This document shows, one piece after another, positions 9,119 through 17,681 of a DNA stretch of 61,505 nucleotides (within the stretch, counting starts at the first letter, position 1; each line of letters begins with the position of its first letter). A model generated the notes under the pieces. It saw nothing but the letters and a program-made list of their open reading frames with translations, had not been told where the DNA came from and made no database searches. The translations under genes were made by a program, and so were the position numbers. Source of the DNA: Candidatus Pacearchaeota archaeon (GTDB lineage Archaea > Nanobdellota > Nanobdellia > Pacearchaeales > UBA284); NCBI GenBank assembly GCA_026395795.1, contig JAPLYB010000015.1, positions 1 through 61,505 on the forward strand, in the 5' to 3' direction.

Positions 9119-10000
9119 ATGCCAACATTAATTGATCAAGAAGCAGAATTATTTTATAAAATTATGAATCAGTTAATCTATTTCGCTAATTCAAGATTTA
9201 ATTTAGTTAATAATTTTCCAAAACCAGAAGAAGGAACTTGGGAAGAAGAAGATATTCAAAAAATAACAGAAAAGATTTTTTCAAAGCCCGAGATAATTCT
9301 CTCTTTTTGCAGTGAAAATCCGGCTATGCTAAATAAAGATGAAATTGAAATTGCAAAAACTTGGAAAACTTTTGTAAAAGATAAGTTTATGGTATTTACT
9401 AATAAGGATAAAACTATATTTTTTAGTTCTGAAAAAAACCCTAAAGCTTATGAAGTTTGGGGGATACGTAATACTTTTTTTGATTTATTGCCTTTTGAGC
9501 CAATAATGCTTGAAGCGATATTAGTTCCATTTAGAGAAAAGATAGTTTACAGTAGCTCATTAAGACTCTTTCCAATTTCATTCGGAGGAGGGTATAAACG
9601 AAGTTTAGAAAGAGATTTTCAGATATCAAAAAATAAATTTGGCATAATCTCCTCATTAATACAACCAATAGAAGAAAAAAAACAATCTGATGAAGATTTG
9701 CTGAGATTTTATTTAAAAAATAAACAAAATCGAGAAGAATTTTGGGAAGAGATTAATGAAATTTTAAAGAAAGATGGTTCTCTTAAAAATGTTTATCATA
9801 ATGAGATAGGAAAATCTTATGTGAAAGAGGTAAAAAAAATATTTTCAGATATCGGCATAAAAGAAGGATATTTTGCGATTGTAAATTCACAAGTTATAAC
9901 TTCTGGGAAATCTGAAAATGAAGTTAAAGAAAGATTAAAAGAAATCTTGCCTGAAGATAAGATAATCTCTGCACATATTTTTAGATATCAGAAAAAATAA
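9119..10000 (+). CDS. hypothetical protein, member of the 5050-10266 operon
   Basis: 293-aa ORF starting 11 nt after the previous stop. No recognisable motif. Confidence 0.6.
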   Translation: MPTLIDQEAELFYKIMNQLIYFANSRFNLVNNFPKPEEGTWEEEDIQKITEKIFSKPEIILSFCSENPAMLNKDEIEIAKTWKTFVKDKFMVFTNKDKTIFFSSEKNPKAYEVWGIRNTFFDLLPFEPIMLEAILVPFREKIVYSSSLRLFPISFGGGYKRSLERDFQISKNKFGIISSLIQPIEEKKQSDEDLLRFYLKNKQNREEFWEEINEILKKDGSLKNVYHNEIGKSYVKEVKKIFSDIGIKEGYFAIVNSQVITSGKSENEVKERLKEILPEDKIISAHIFRYQKK

Positions 10001-10026
10001 GATAAGCAAAGAAGGGGGAGGGAAAA

Positions 10027-10266
10027 ATGACTGAAACTTGCAAAACTTGCCGTGAACAATTTGATTCTGGAGTTTGGTTAGTCCCACAATTCAATGATGA
10101 AAAAGATCTATTATTTTGTTCAAAAAAAAAATGCAAAAAAGGTTATATAAAAATGAAGCTTGAAAGAATCAAATGGAACTATCCAGATTATTATCAAAAG
10201 ATAATAAAACATAAAAAAGAGAAAGGAGTTATCAGCTTTAGTTTAGGCAGGATAGAAAAGAGATAA
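10027..10266 (+). CDS. small Cys-rich (possible zinc-ribbon) protein, last gene of the operon
   Basis: 79 aa with CKTC...x24...CSKKKC. Confidence 0.45.
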   Translation: MTETCKTCREQFDSGVWLVPQFNDEKDLLFCSKKKCKKGYIKMKLERIKWNYPDYYQKIIKHKKEKGVISFSLGRIEKR

Positions 10267-10520
10267 TAATCTAAAAAAGATGGCAGAAAAACAAGAAGAA
10301 GAATTGAGCGAAGAGTATGTATCCACAATACCTAATGAGCCAATCAGTATTAAAGAAGATGAAATAAGCACGAAGATAGGAGAATTGACGCAGGAATGGA
10401 TAGAGAGTGAAACTTGGAGATAATGAAGATAGAGATAAAGAACGACTGTGGAAGCTAAAAGTTTATCACTAATCATTAAAATTATTTTTGGTTCTACAAT
10501 GCGTTGCGGCCTTCGTTCTC

Positions 10521-10545
10521 GCTTCGCCCTGCTGGGCTCGCTCTT
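10521..10545. repeat. left copy of a 25-bp perfect direct repeat flanking the Fic gene
   Basis: gcttcgccctgctgggctcgctctt occurs here and again at 11682..11706. The similarity extends imperfectly upstream (cggcct...). Confidence 0.9.
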
Positions 10546-10553
10546 CAAAAATC

Positions 10554-10653
10554 TTCCTGCCCAAATGGTGCAGTTTTTATCAGATTTTCCTGCCCAAAAC
10601 GTACATTAAAAGGATGTTATCGAGGATAAAGCTTAAAATAATTCCTGCCCAAA
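10554..10653 (+). promoter_or_regulatory. three TTCCTGCCCAAA boxes upstream of the Fic gene (candidate operator or iteron set)
   Basis: ttcctgcccaaa is at 10554-10565, 10587-10598 and 10642-10653. The first and third copies extend to ttcctgcccaaatggt. The last copy ends 37 nt before the Fic start. Confidence 0.6.
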
Positions 10654-10690
10654 TGGTAACATTTTTAAACTCCAAGTTATAATCTATTCT

Positions 10691-11647
10691 ATGAGCTACT
10701 TAGAACAGAAGGAAGTTAAGACAAAAACTTATGTGTCTTTTGTAAAAAAAATCACTTTTATGAAGCATCAGCTAGTCATCAAAAAATACATCGGCCCAGC
10801 AGACAGCAAGATAAACAAAGAAAAATATCTTTTGGATAACCTCCAAGAGATTTCACATAAAGAATTCCAATTTAGACTGAAGTATCTGGAACCAATAAAA
10901 AACCGGCTGTCTTATAACGCTTCTCTTCCAGAAGAGGTTGAGAAAAGAACAATAGAGATAAACAACTTGATTGAAGGAAAACAGTGCACTAATCTAGTTG
11001 ACAGTGAATTCGCAATGGAGTTCACATTCAATTCCAATAACATAGAAGGCTCAAAAATTCCTCCAGACGTGGTTAGGCAGATAGTAGAAACCGGGAGCAC
11101 TAAATATAAGAACAAGAACGAGATCAGGGAAGTCAAGAACTCGATTACAGCCTTAAATTATCTAAAAGGATCCTTTAGATTCAATATTCAATCAATAAAG
11201 AAGCTGTATCATCTATTGACTCATGAACTTTATATGGAGAACAAAATCCCTTATCCCCGAGGATTCAAAAAAGTAAAAAATATTATTGGCAACTCAACAA
11301 CGACCCCCCCCGAAGAGGTGGCAAAAGAGCTGGATAAACTGCTTTCTTGGTATAAGGACAATAAAGACAAAATCCATCCACTAATCCTTGCTTTTGAGTT
11401 TCATAGAAGGTATGAATCCATCCATCCTTTTTTAGATTGCAATGGCAGAACAGGAAGGTTGATTATGAATAAAATTCTTATTAACGCAGGGTATTTTCCG
11501 ATAGTGATCTATAAAGAGAATAAAACTGCTTATTTCAATTACTTAGAGAAATCAAAAGAAGGAAAAACAAAAGTTTGTTACCAGTTTATGCTAGAACAAG
11601 CCAGAAAAACATATGATTATATCCTGCATATATTAGATAAATACTGA
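10691..11647 (+). CDS. Fic/DOC family protein (AMPylase-type fold)
   Basis: Fic motif variant HPFLDCNGRTGRL, against the canonical HxFx(D/E)GNGRxxR. Typical length of 318 aa. Confidence 0.85.
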   Translation: MSYLEQKEVKTKTYVSFVKKITFMKHQLVIKKYIGPADSKINKEKYLLDNLQEISHKEFQFRLKYLEPIKNRLSYNASLPEEVEKRTIEINNLIEGKQCTNLVDSEFAMEFTFNSNNIEGSKIPPDVVRQIVETGSTKYKNKNEIREVKNSITALNYLKGSFRFNIQSIKKLYHLLTHELYMENKIPYPRGFKKVKNIIGNSTTTPPEEVAKELDKLLSWYKDNKDKIHPLILAFEFHRRYESIHPFLDCNGRTGRLIMNKILINAGYFPIVIYKENKTAYFNYLEKSKEGKTKVCYQFMLEQARKTYDYILHILDKY

Positions 11648-11681
11648 TCTTAAAATTATTCTTTCGGCCTCACTCCGCTCG

Positions 11682-11706
11682 GCTTCGCCCTGCTGGGCTC
11701 GCTCTT
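11682..11706. repeat. right copy of the 25-bp direct repeat flanking the Fic gene
   Basis: Identical 25-mer to 10521..10545, beginning 34 nt after the Fic stop. Confidence 0.9.
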
Positions 11707-11734
11707 TCCTTGCGGACGCCAAAAGATTTATAAG

Positions 11735-11758
11735 CTATAGCCACTATAGTTGCTATAG
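11735..11758 (+). promoter_or_regulatory. three CTATAG palindromes at 9-bp spacing (candidate antitoxin operator)
   Basis: ctatag is at 11735, 11744 and 11753, ending 9 nt before the start of the RHH-like gene. Confidence 0.5.
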
Positions 11759-11767
11759 GTCAAGAAC

Positions 11768-11974
11768 ATGGATACCACAACAATTCAATTAAGCAAGGAA
11801 ACAAAAGATAAATTATCTTCATTTGGAGTGAAAGGCGAAAGCTATGATATTATTCTCAAAAGAATTTATTCTCTAGCAGTAAAAGAACAGCTTAGAAGCT
11901 TTTTGATGTCATCAGAAGGATTCATGCCAATCGAAGATGCCATAAAAGAGGCAGATAAAAAATGGCCAAAGTAA
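11768..11974 (+). CDS. ribbon-helix-helix/CopG-like antitoxin candidate
   Basis: 68 aa with TTIQLSKETKDKLSSFGVKGESYDIILKRIYSLA. It overlaps the downstream toxin-like gene by 13 nt. Confidence 0.55.
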   Translation: MDTTTIQLSKETKDKLSSFGVKGESYDIILKRIYSLAVKEQLRSFLMSSEGFMPIEDAIKEADKKWPK

Positions 11975-12303
11975 GCATCTCCGAAACTTTAAAAGATGAA
12001 ATTCTGAAAAAATTCAAAGAAGAATCCAAGATAATATTCAGACAAATGTATTCTTTGGCAGAAAATCCGCATAAAGGCAAGATTCTTGGTCAAATTGGTG
12101 GAATTGTAATCAAAGAAATAAGATATAAAACTTTCAGATTTTATTTTATCACAGATGGTTATAAATTGAAGATAATGAATGAATCAAGCTTAACAGATTT
12201 ATTAATAAGATTTGTGAGGATGTCTGATAAAAAAGATCAACAAGAGACTATTGAAGGGATTAGAAAGATACTCCTTAAGTTTGGACCAGAAGGGCTTGAT
12301 TGA
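11962..12303 (+). CDS. RelE/ParE-superfamily toxin-like protein with a C-terminal extension
   Basis: 113 aa with ..LAENPHKGKILG...EIRYKTFRFYFITDG.. Paralogous to 29950..30273, including the shared SDKKxQQETIxxI tail. Confidence 0.5.
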   Translation: MAKVSISETLKDEILKKFKEESKIIFRQMYSLAENPHKGKILGQIGGIVIKEIRYKTFRFYFITDGYKLKIMNESSLTDLLIRFVRMSDKKDQQETIEGIRKILLKFGPEGLD

Positions 12304-12321
12304 AATATTAAACAAAAATTT

Positions 12322-13032
12322 TCAATCAGTCCATTCTTCCACGCTCTTTGCCTTCAAATCTTTAGAAGAATATAATCTTTCGACTTCCTGGCTGATGGTA
12401 GAGACTGCAGATTTATCTTCAACTTTTATTGCTGTTTCGTAATGGGTTTTGAATCCACTGTAAGTTAAATTAACTGAGCCGAGAAACGCTATTTCTTCAT
12501 CTATTATGAAAATTTTTGAGTGAATAAGCTCTGTGCTTCCTGGATTTTTTCCAGAATGGGAATCAAATACTTTTATCCTGAAGATTGGCTCAGATTTATG
12601 CGAGTAAGGGCTGATTAAAAAATAAGACAAAAGAGTCAACACGCTGATTGATAATAACAAAGTTGATATGAATCCTGGTATGAGATTTGTAAAAGAGAAT
12701 ATCAAAGATATTAGAGAAACGCCAAATAAGAAGATAGATATTTTAGATATGTTCTTTTTTAGTTTTTCTTTTTTCTCATCATAAACCTTTTCTGTTTTTA
12801 TTAAATCTGAAACAGAAAAATCAGAATAAGAATTACTTTCTATTTTATCACAGGTAATTAGAGTTACTTTCACGCCTTTTTTATGCAAAGTAATAAGATC
12901 TTTTATATAATTTGCAGAAAGGTAAGGGGAAACAATTTTTACAGATTTTTTAGCGTTTTTTATGGTCTCGTGAATCTCTTTTCCAGCTTGTCTTCCAATA
13001 TAAATCTGGTCTTTATTGCTGTTAGTTATCAT
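12322..13032 (-). CDS. single-HKD phospholipase D/Nuc-family protein with an internal two-helix membrane insertion
   Basis: HKD motif LIHSKIFIIDEEIAFLGSVNLTYSG. The hydrophobic stretch ISIFLFGVSLISLIFSFTNLIPGFISTLLLSISVLTLLSYFLI lies between the N-terminal half and the HKD half. Confidence 0.75.
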   Translation of the reverse strand: MITNSNKDQIYIGRQAGKEIHETIKNAKKSVKIVSPYLSANYIKDLITLHKKGVKVTLITCDKIESNSYSDFSVSDLIKTEKVYDEKKEKLKKNISKISIFLFGVSLISLIFSFTNLIPGFISTLLLSISVLTLLSYFLISPYSHKSEPIFRIKVFDSHSGKNPGSTELIHSKIFIIDEEIAFLGSVNLTYSGFKTHYETAIKVEDKSAVSTISQEVERLYSSKDLKAKSVEEWTD

Positions 13033-13036
13033 TCTT

Positions 13037-13396
13037 TTATTTCCCTAACTTTTCCCCCACCTTCTTAAATAACTCTGAATGTTCTTTTCTCACTTTTTCT
13101 ACTGTTTTTATAAAAGTAGTCATGGTACCATCACATTCTTCTTTCATATATCCTTCAAAATCTTCTTTTTTGTCGGGAGCAAAATGATGACAATCAGAAC
13201 ATAAGGTGATGAGGTTATCTAATTCGTCTTTTCCACCATAACATGATGGAACAAGGCGGTGCGCTTCTAGAATCTTAGATGTTTTATCCCGAACTTTACA
13301 TTTCTGACATGTAAAATCATCTCTTTCAAATGTTTTTTTCTTCAGTGTTTGATTCCTTTCTTTCATTCTAACTCCCCTCCTTTCTCGTTCTCCCAA
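13037..13396 (-). CDS. HNH endonuclease
   Basis: CQKC...[28 protein letters not shown]. Its start overlaps the recombinase 3' end by 34 nt. Confidence 0.8.
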   Translation of the reverse strand: MGERERRGVRMKERNQTLKKKTFERDDFTCQKCKVRDKTSKILEAHRLVPSCYGGKDELDNLITLCSDCHHFAPDKKEDFEGYMKEECDGTMTTFIKTVEKVRKEHSELFKKVGEKLGK

Positions 13397-15366
13397 ATGT
13401 CTTCTATATCTTCTTTTTCTATTGCTTCCTCGGGATGTTCTTCTAATTTTTCCATTATTTCTTCTTGCTTAACCTCCTTTTCTTGTTTTATTTCATTTTT
13501 CATCAATGCATCGATTGGACTTGGAACCTTTTTGATTTGTTCTGATGAGATATGGGTGTAAATCGCCGTCGTGTCTAGATTAGAATGGCCTAACATTATT
13601 TGGATCATCCTGATATCTATGCCGTCTTCTAAAAGATGTGTAGCGAAGCTATTGCCAGTAATAAATATTTTTTCATTAGATTTTGCAATCCATGTTTGAT
13701 TTTTGGTTGAAGGACACCAAACTAATCCCTTAAAGTGTTCTTTTTTTATATCTCCTCTGTCAAAGTAAATATCACATTCGGATTTCTCTGTGATATATGT
13801 TCTATAATATACTTTATCTTTGTCTAGGCAATATCCATGTAAATTGTTTTTCTTAAATCCAATCAATGTTCTTTTTCCGAGAAGACAGCAAAGGGCTCTA
13901 AAAAAGTCTATCTTCTTCTTATCTTGCAAGGTCAATTCATTACAAGTATAACCATCCTTTCTAGATGTGCCGTCCCCCATCATTATACACTTAAATAATT
14001 CTTCTAGCTCTTCTTTTTTTAAGGAAAGTAATTTATACTTTGGGGTTTTATCTATATTAATCCATTCAAATATCCAATTATGATTCTTCCCTTTGACCTT
14101 GCCCCTATTCCCCCCATTTATTAATCTAAAGCATATAAAATCCCCCCTCTCTTTTTCCGTAAATGGGATTTTTCCACTGATTAACAAATTTCTTATGTAA
14201 TCACATTTTTTTGTATTTGCCTTACAACTCTGAACTATAACAATTTCTATGTGATTTTTCCTGTTCGAAATATTTCCATCTGTTAAAATCCAGCCAATAA
14301 TCCCTGCTTTTTCTTTGGTAATTGACTTTGGGCCGTCATAAAAAGAAGAAAGTTTGTGCTTGATTAACCTTATCCCTCTAATTTTTAAAAGCTGATTAAA
14401 ATTTATAAGTTCCCAGTTTTTCCAATCAGTAAAAACCCTATAATTTTTCTGTCTTTCATAACCTATCTTTAAAACTCCTTTGTGTTCTGCAGTGCATAAA
14501 TAATCAAGGCAGTAGTTTTTAATCCTAAGAAGATTATCTTCTATATTATACTGAAAAATGTCTAGAATAGGATTGGTTTCAATTTTATCCTTTTTAAGAT
14601 TATAAGTAAATACTAAATCTCCTTTCTTAATTTTATCATGTTTTTTCCAGCCATCAACGGTCAAAATTTCTGTATCATCTGTTACGCAATGCCTCAAAGT
14701 ATGCGGATGAACCTTTTTCTGGATTCCTGTTTTAGCTAGGGCATTGCCCATTATCTTTTCTATATTTCTTGTGGAAAGCCGACCTTTTGGACCTGAAAAT
14801 AGGAATTCTTGTGAACTGTTCTTCTGAAGTTCTGCTTGTTCTTTAATTTCCTGGAGTAAGAGGTCAGGAATATTGAACACACGATCTTTTTTGCCTTTTG
14901 CTTTTCTAGCATAACCTATTTTTTCATCAAAATGAAGATCTTGAACTTTCAAGTTAGTTAATTCTGAAACTCTAAAACCACAAGCATAGATCAATGAGAG
15001 CATTAATTTGCTTTTTTTGCTAGTAATGGCATTTAGAAGTGTTTTAACTTCTTCTTTTGTTAAGACAGTTGGAATTTTTGTTTCTTTTTTAGGTCTTTTA
15101 ATACCTTGCGTGATGTCTTTTTTAAGAATATTTAAAAAACCATACTTTATTGCGGCTAAAAACAAGATAGCTGAACTTGATGATCTTTCACCAAGCTTCT
15201 CAGCCATAAATAACTTTAGATCATCTTGATTAATCTGTTCTGGCTCTTTTTTAACAAATTCAATGAGCTCTGAGTTTGCTTTGGTGTAGTTCCTTATTGT
15301 ATACTCTGAGTTCTTTGATATTTTGAGCTCTACTTCTAACTTTTTGAGGAATTCGGATTGATTCAT
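13363..15366 (-). CDS. XerA/XerC-type tyrosine recombinase interrupted by an intein
   Basis: SAM-like N-domain ([17 protein letters not shown]), catalytic Arg box [14 protein letters not shown], then HPHTLRH. A 346-aa insert follows, after which the sequence resumes [33 protein letters not shown] (catalytic Tyr). Confidence 0.9.
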   Translation of the reverse strand: MNQSEFLKKLEVELKISKNSEYTIRNYTKANSELIEFVKKEPEQINQDDLKLFMAEKLGERSSSSAILFLAAIKYGFLNILKKDITQGIKRPKKETKIPTVLTKEEVKTLLNAITSKKSKLMLSLIYACGFRVSELTNLKVQDLHFDEKIGYARKAKGKKDRVFNIPDLLLQEIKEQAELQKNSSQEFLFSGPKGRLSTRNIEKIMGNALAKTGIQKKVHPHTLRHCVTDDTEILTVDGWKKHDKIKKGDLVFTYNLKKDKIETNPILDIFQYNIEDNLLRIKNYCLDYLCTAEHKGVLKIGYERQKNYRVFTDWKNWELINFNQLLKIRGIRLIKHKLSSFYDGPKSITKEKAGIIGWILTDGNISNRKNHIEIVIVQSCKANTKKCDYIRNLLISGKIPFTEKERGDFICFRLINGGNRGKVKGKNHNWIFEWINIDKTPKYKLLSLKKEELEELFKCIMMGDGTSRKDGYTCNELTLQDKKKIDFFRALCCLLGKRTLIGFKKNNLHGYCLDKDKVYYRTYITEKSECDIYFDRGDIKKEHFKGLVWCPSTKNQTWIAKSNEKIFITGNSFATHLLEDGIDIRMIQIMLGHSNLDTTAIYTHISSEQIKKVPSPIDALMKNEIKQEKEVKQEEIMEKLEEHPEEAIEKEDIEDIWENEKGGELE
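13651..14688 (-). mobile_element. intein (residues C227-N572 of the recombinase) with a LAGLIDADG homing-endonuclease domain
   Basis: Block A is [14 protein letters not shown], block B is TAEH, the LAGLIDADG motifs are [14 protein letters not shown] and [13 protein letters not shown], block F is [15 protein letters not shown], and block G is IFITGN followed by +1 Ser. The Cys codon is confirmed at 14686-14688. Confidence 0.85.
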
Positions 15367-15863
15367 TTTAATTTCTCCATTATCTCTTTTACAACCTGAT
15401 CTTCGGTTTTGTTTTCAGTATTTATTATAATTCCGTGATCAAATCTTGAAACTAATTTATGGACTTCTATTGCTGCTTTTTCCCCCAAACATTTCTCTCT
15501 TTTTCTGTCTCTTTCTAAACATACTTCAACAGGAGCTTTGAGTGTTATGACATAGTTTTTAAAATTTAGATTATGAATCAAATGTTCAATATTTTCTTTA
15601 TGATAAAAACAACATTCAATTATTACTTTTTTTCCTTTTTCTAGGCTTTCTTTTATAGTTGGAATGATTTTTTCATCTACTTTTAAGAAATTATTTAAAG
15701 GAACACAACCTTGTTTTTGATCTAATTCATCTAAATTCATATTTTTTAGGATTTTGTCTATAGAAATGTAGTCTGCTTTTAGGATTTTAGCTAGTTTCTT
15801 GGCTATTGTTGTTTTTCCAATTCCTAATGGGCCCCGGATTATAATGTAGTATATTTTGTTCAT
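15363..15863 (-). CDS. P-loop kinase (AAA_33 / shikimate-kinase-like fold)
   Basis: [24 protein letters not shown] Walker A. I chose the ATG at 15863 because it forms an ATGA overlap with the upstream stop. The longer ORF to 15920 would overlap the upstream gene by 61 nt. Confidence 0.7.
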   Translation of the reverse strand: MNKIYYIIIRGPLGIGKTTIAKKLAKILKADYISIDKILKNMNLDELDQKQGCVPLNNFLKVDEKIIPTIKESLEKGKKVIIECCFYHKENIEHLIHNLNFKNYVITLKAPVEVCLERDRKREKCLGEKAAIEVHKLVSRFDHGIIINTENKTEDQVVKEIMEKLK

Positions 15864-16399
15864 TTTATTTTGAATCCTATTTGTTTGAGTAAATTTATTA
15901 TTTCTTCTGAATTTCCCCACTCTTTTACAAATTCCAATAATAAGTTTTGATTTAAAGGTATATTTTTTAATAATTCTAGATCTGCTAAATCCTTGTCTCT
16001 ATGGGTAAATGCTTTTTGAGAAACTAGTTCTTCGATGGGAGTTACATAAATTTCCTCTCCTAGATATTTTTTCTTGACTTTGTGCTCAAAGGTTTTCTGC
16101 ATTTTAGTGGTTTGTTTGCCTTTTTCTGTTGAGATTGCTTCTATTGAAAGTCCTGAAAAGTCTGTTTCAAAAACATAATCTTCTGTTAAAAAATTCCCTT
16201 TGCTCGTTATTCTCTTGTTTGGTGTACAGCCCATCCTTTCTGCAAACGTATCAATATCTTTTGAATCAAGAACAATATCTAGGTCTTTAGCTTCTCTTTT
16301 TCCATCAGAGTATACAGAAACTGCTGTTCCAGATATAAAACAGTAATTTAAATCTCTTAGTTTTTCCATTAAATTAAAAAATGCTTCTTCTTGGTTCAT
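15860..16399 (-). CDS. minimal nucleotidyltransferase-fold protein
   Basis: SGTAVSVYSDGKREAKDLDIVLD fits the G[ST]-x(9-13)-DxD pattern. 179 aa. Confidence 0.55.
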   Translation of the reverse strand: MNQEEAFFNLMEKLRDLNYCFISGTAVSVYSDGKREAKDLDIVLDSKDIDTFAERMGCTPNKRITSKGNFLTEDYVFETDFSGLSIEAISTEKGKQTTKMQKTFEHKVKKKYLGEEIYVTPIEELVSQKAFTHRDKDLADLELLKNIPLNQNLLLEFVKEWGNSEEIINLLKQIGFKIK

Positions 16400-17235
16400 T
16401 TTACTTCAATTGTTTTTGTAAACTCTTTTTTAATTAGTTTTGATAGTTGAGAGATTCTTTTTAAAGAATCTTTTAATTCATTTGGAGATATATTAAGTTT
16501 TCTAGAATCTTCTTTTAAATTTATATTTCTTTTATTAAAGATAAGGTCTATGGTGTTTAGATCCAAAAGGGCTTTTTGTCTTGCTTCTTGATTAGTAAAA
16601 AGCCAAAAAACCATGTGCGGAATTTTAGAAATGGGCGTTATTCTGGTATGACCTTCAAAATAGATTTTTTTAATTAAAAATTTTGTGTTGTATAATTTAG
16701 CAAGAGTTGTAACAATAGCAGGATACAAATGGGGCTTATTTCCAGTTGATACATTATCTTTCCCTTCTCGGTCATAATAGACAAGGATTCCTCCTTTATT
16801 GTTTAACAAGGATCTTAAGTAAGCTATTGGCAATCCCTGACTTCCATTACATGCTTCAAATACAAATGTCCAATCATACTTTTTAACAGCTTTAGGGATT
16901 AGTTCGTAATTTGCCGTGATATATTCAAAGAATCTAATTTTGATTTTTTTCTTAACATAATTTACCATTGAGCTTGAGATATCACTATAAGAAACAATTG
17001 CCCCTGCTTCTTGAATTTTTGATGCCCAAGAAGCATAAAAACCTGCAATCGCAAGAACCTTGTCTTTTTTCTTGATTTTAAGTTTTTCAAGAATCCTTTT
17101 GTCTTGGGGAGTTGTGGATTGTTCAAGAATGTTTTGTTTTCGAGATTTACCTGTTTTGGGGTTTATACCAAAACCAGGTCTATGCGCCCAGATTGGTTCT
17201 ATTATTTTTTTAAGATTTAAAACACTAAATTTCAT
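16396..17235 (-). CDS. putative class I SAM-dependent methyltransferase-like protein
   Basis: DKVLAIAGFYASWASKIQEAGAIVSYSDIS resembles motif I / post-I of Rossmann methyltransferases. The assignment is weak. Confidence 0.4.
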   Translation of the reverse strand: MKFSVLNLKKIIEPIWAHRPGFGINPKTGKSRKQNILEQSTTPQDKRILEKLKIKKKDKVLAIAGFYASWASKIQEAGAIVSYSDISSSMVNYVKKKIKIRFFEYITANYELIPKAVKKYDWTFVFEACNGSQGLPIAYLRSLLNNKGGILVYYDREGKDNVSTGNKPHLYPAIVTTLAKLYNTKFLIKKIYFEGHTRITPISKIPHMVFWLFTNQEARQKALLDLNTIDLIFNKRNINLKEDSRKLNISPNELKDSLKRISQLSKLIKKEFTKTIEVK

Positions 17236-17681
17236 CTTAATTTCTCCTTTTTAGTTATAAAAACTATTTTTTTATTCAACCCTTCTTTTAAACAATATGG
17301 TAAGGATTCGCAACCATAACAAATATCTTTCAAATCCTTATTGCTAATATTTTGTAAAACCCGTTTAAACAGATATTTTATTTTATATGTAGAATTTTCT
17401 TTTATTTTTAGTTTTTTCAATACCTTATTATCCATAACAATAATCCAATAATTGATTTTTAATCTTTTTTCACAAATTCCTTTCTTTATATTTGGGCACT
17501 TTTTACACAAATCATCACATTTTTTTACAATTCTAATCTTTAATTCGGGTTTATTTTCAAAAATCAAGCAAATTTTGTTTGCATATCTAAACAATTTTTG
17601 ATTGTACCATCCACCCCTTTTGCTATACGATCTTGAAAGACAGATTAGATGGTGCGGTCTTAATTTAATCAATTTTTTCAT
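17232..17681 (-). CDS. DUF1284-family Cys-rich (putative Fe-S) protein
   Basis: N-terminal LRPHHLICL plus the cysteine cluster KCDDLCKKCPNIKKGIC and a C-terminal CYGCESLPYC. Confidence 0.65.
   Translation of the reverse strand: MKKLIKLRPHHLICLSRSYSKRGGWYNQKLFRYANKICLIFENKPELKIRIVKKCDDLCKKCPNIKKGICEKRLKINYWIIVMDNKVLKKLKIKENSTYKIKYLFKRVLQNISNKDLKDICYGCESLPYCLKEGLNKKIVFITKKEKLR

Noticed and set aside
10243-10682. ORFs 10243..10548 (-) and 10488..10682 (+)
   Set aside because: They cover the GC-rich direct repeat and the TTCCTGCCCAAA boxes. The translations (KSEPSRAKRERRPQ.., ..ASPCWARSS..) look like repeat read-through. A similar peptide-like string appears when the second repeat copy is translated, consistent with a DNA-level repeat.
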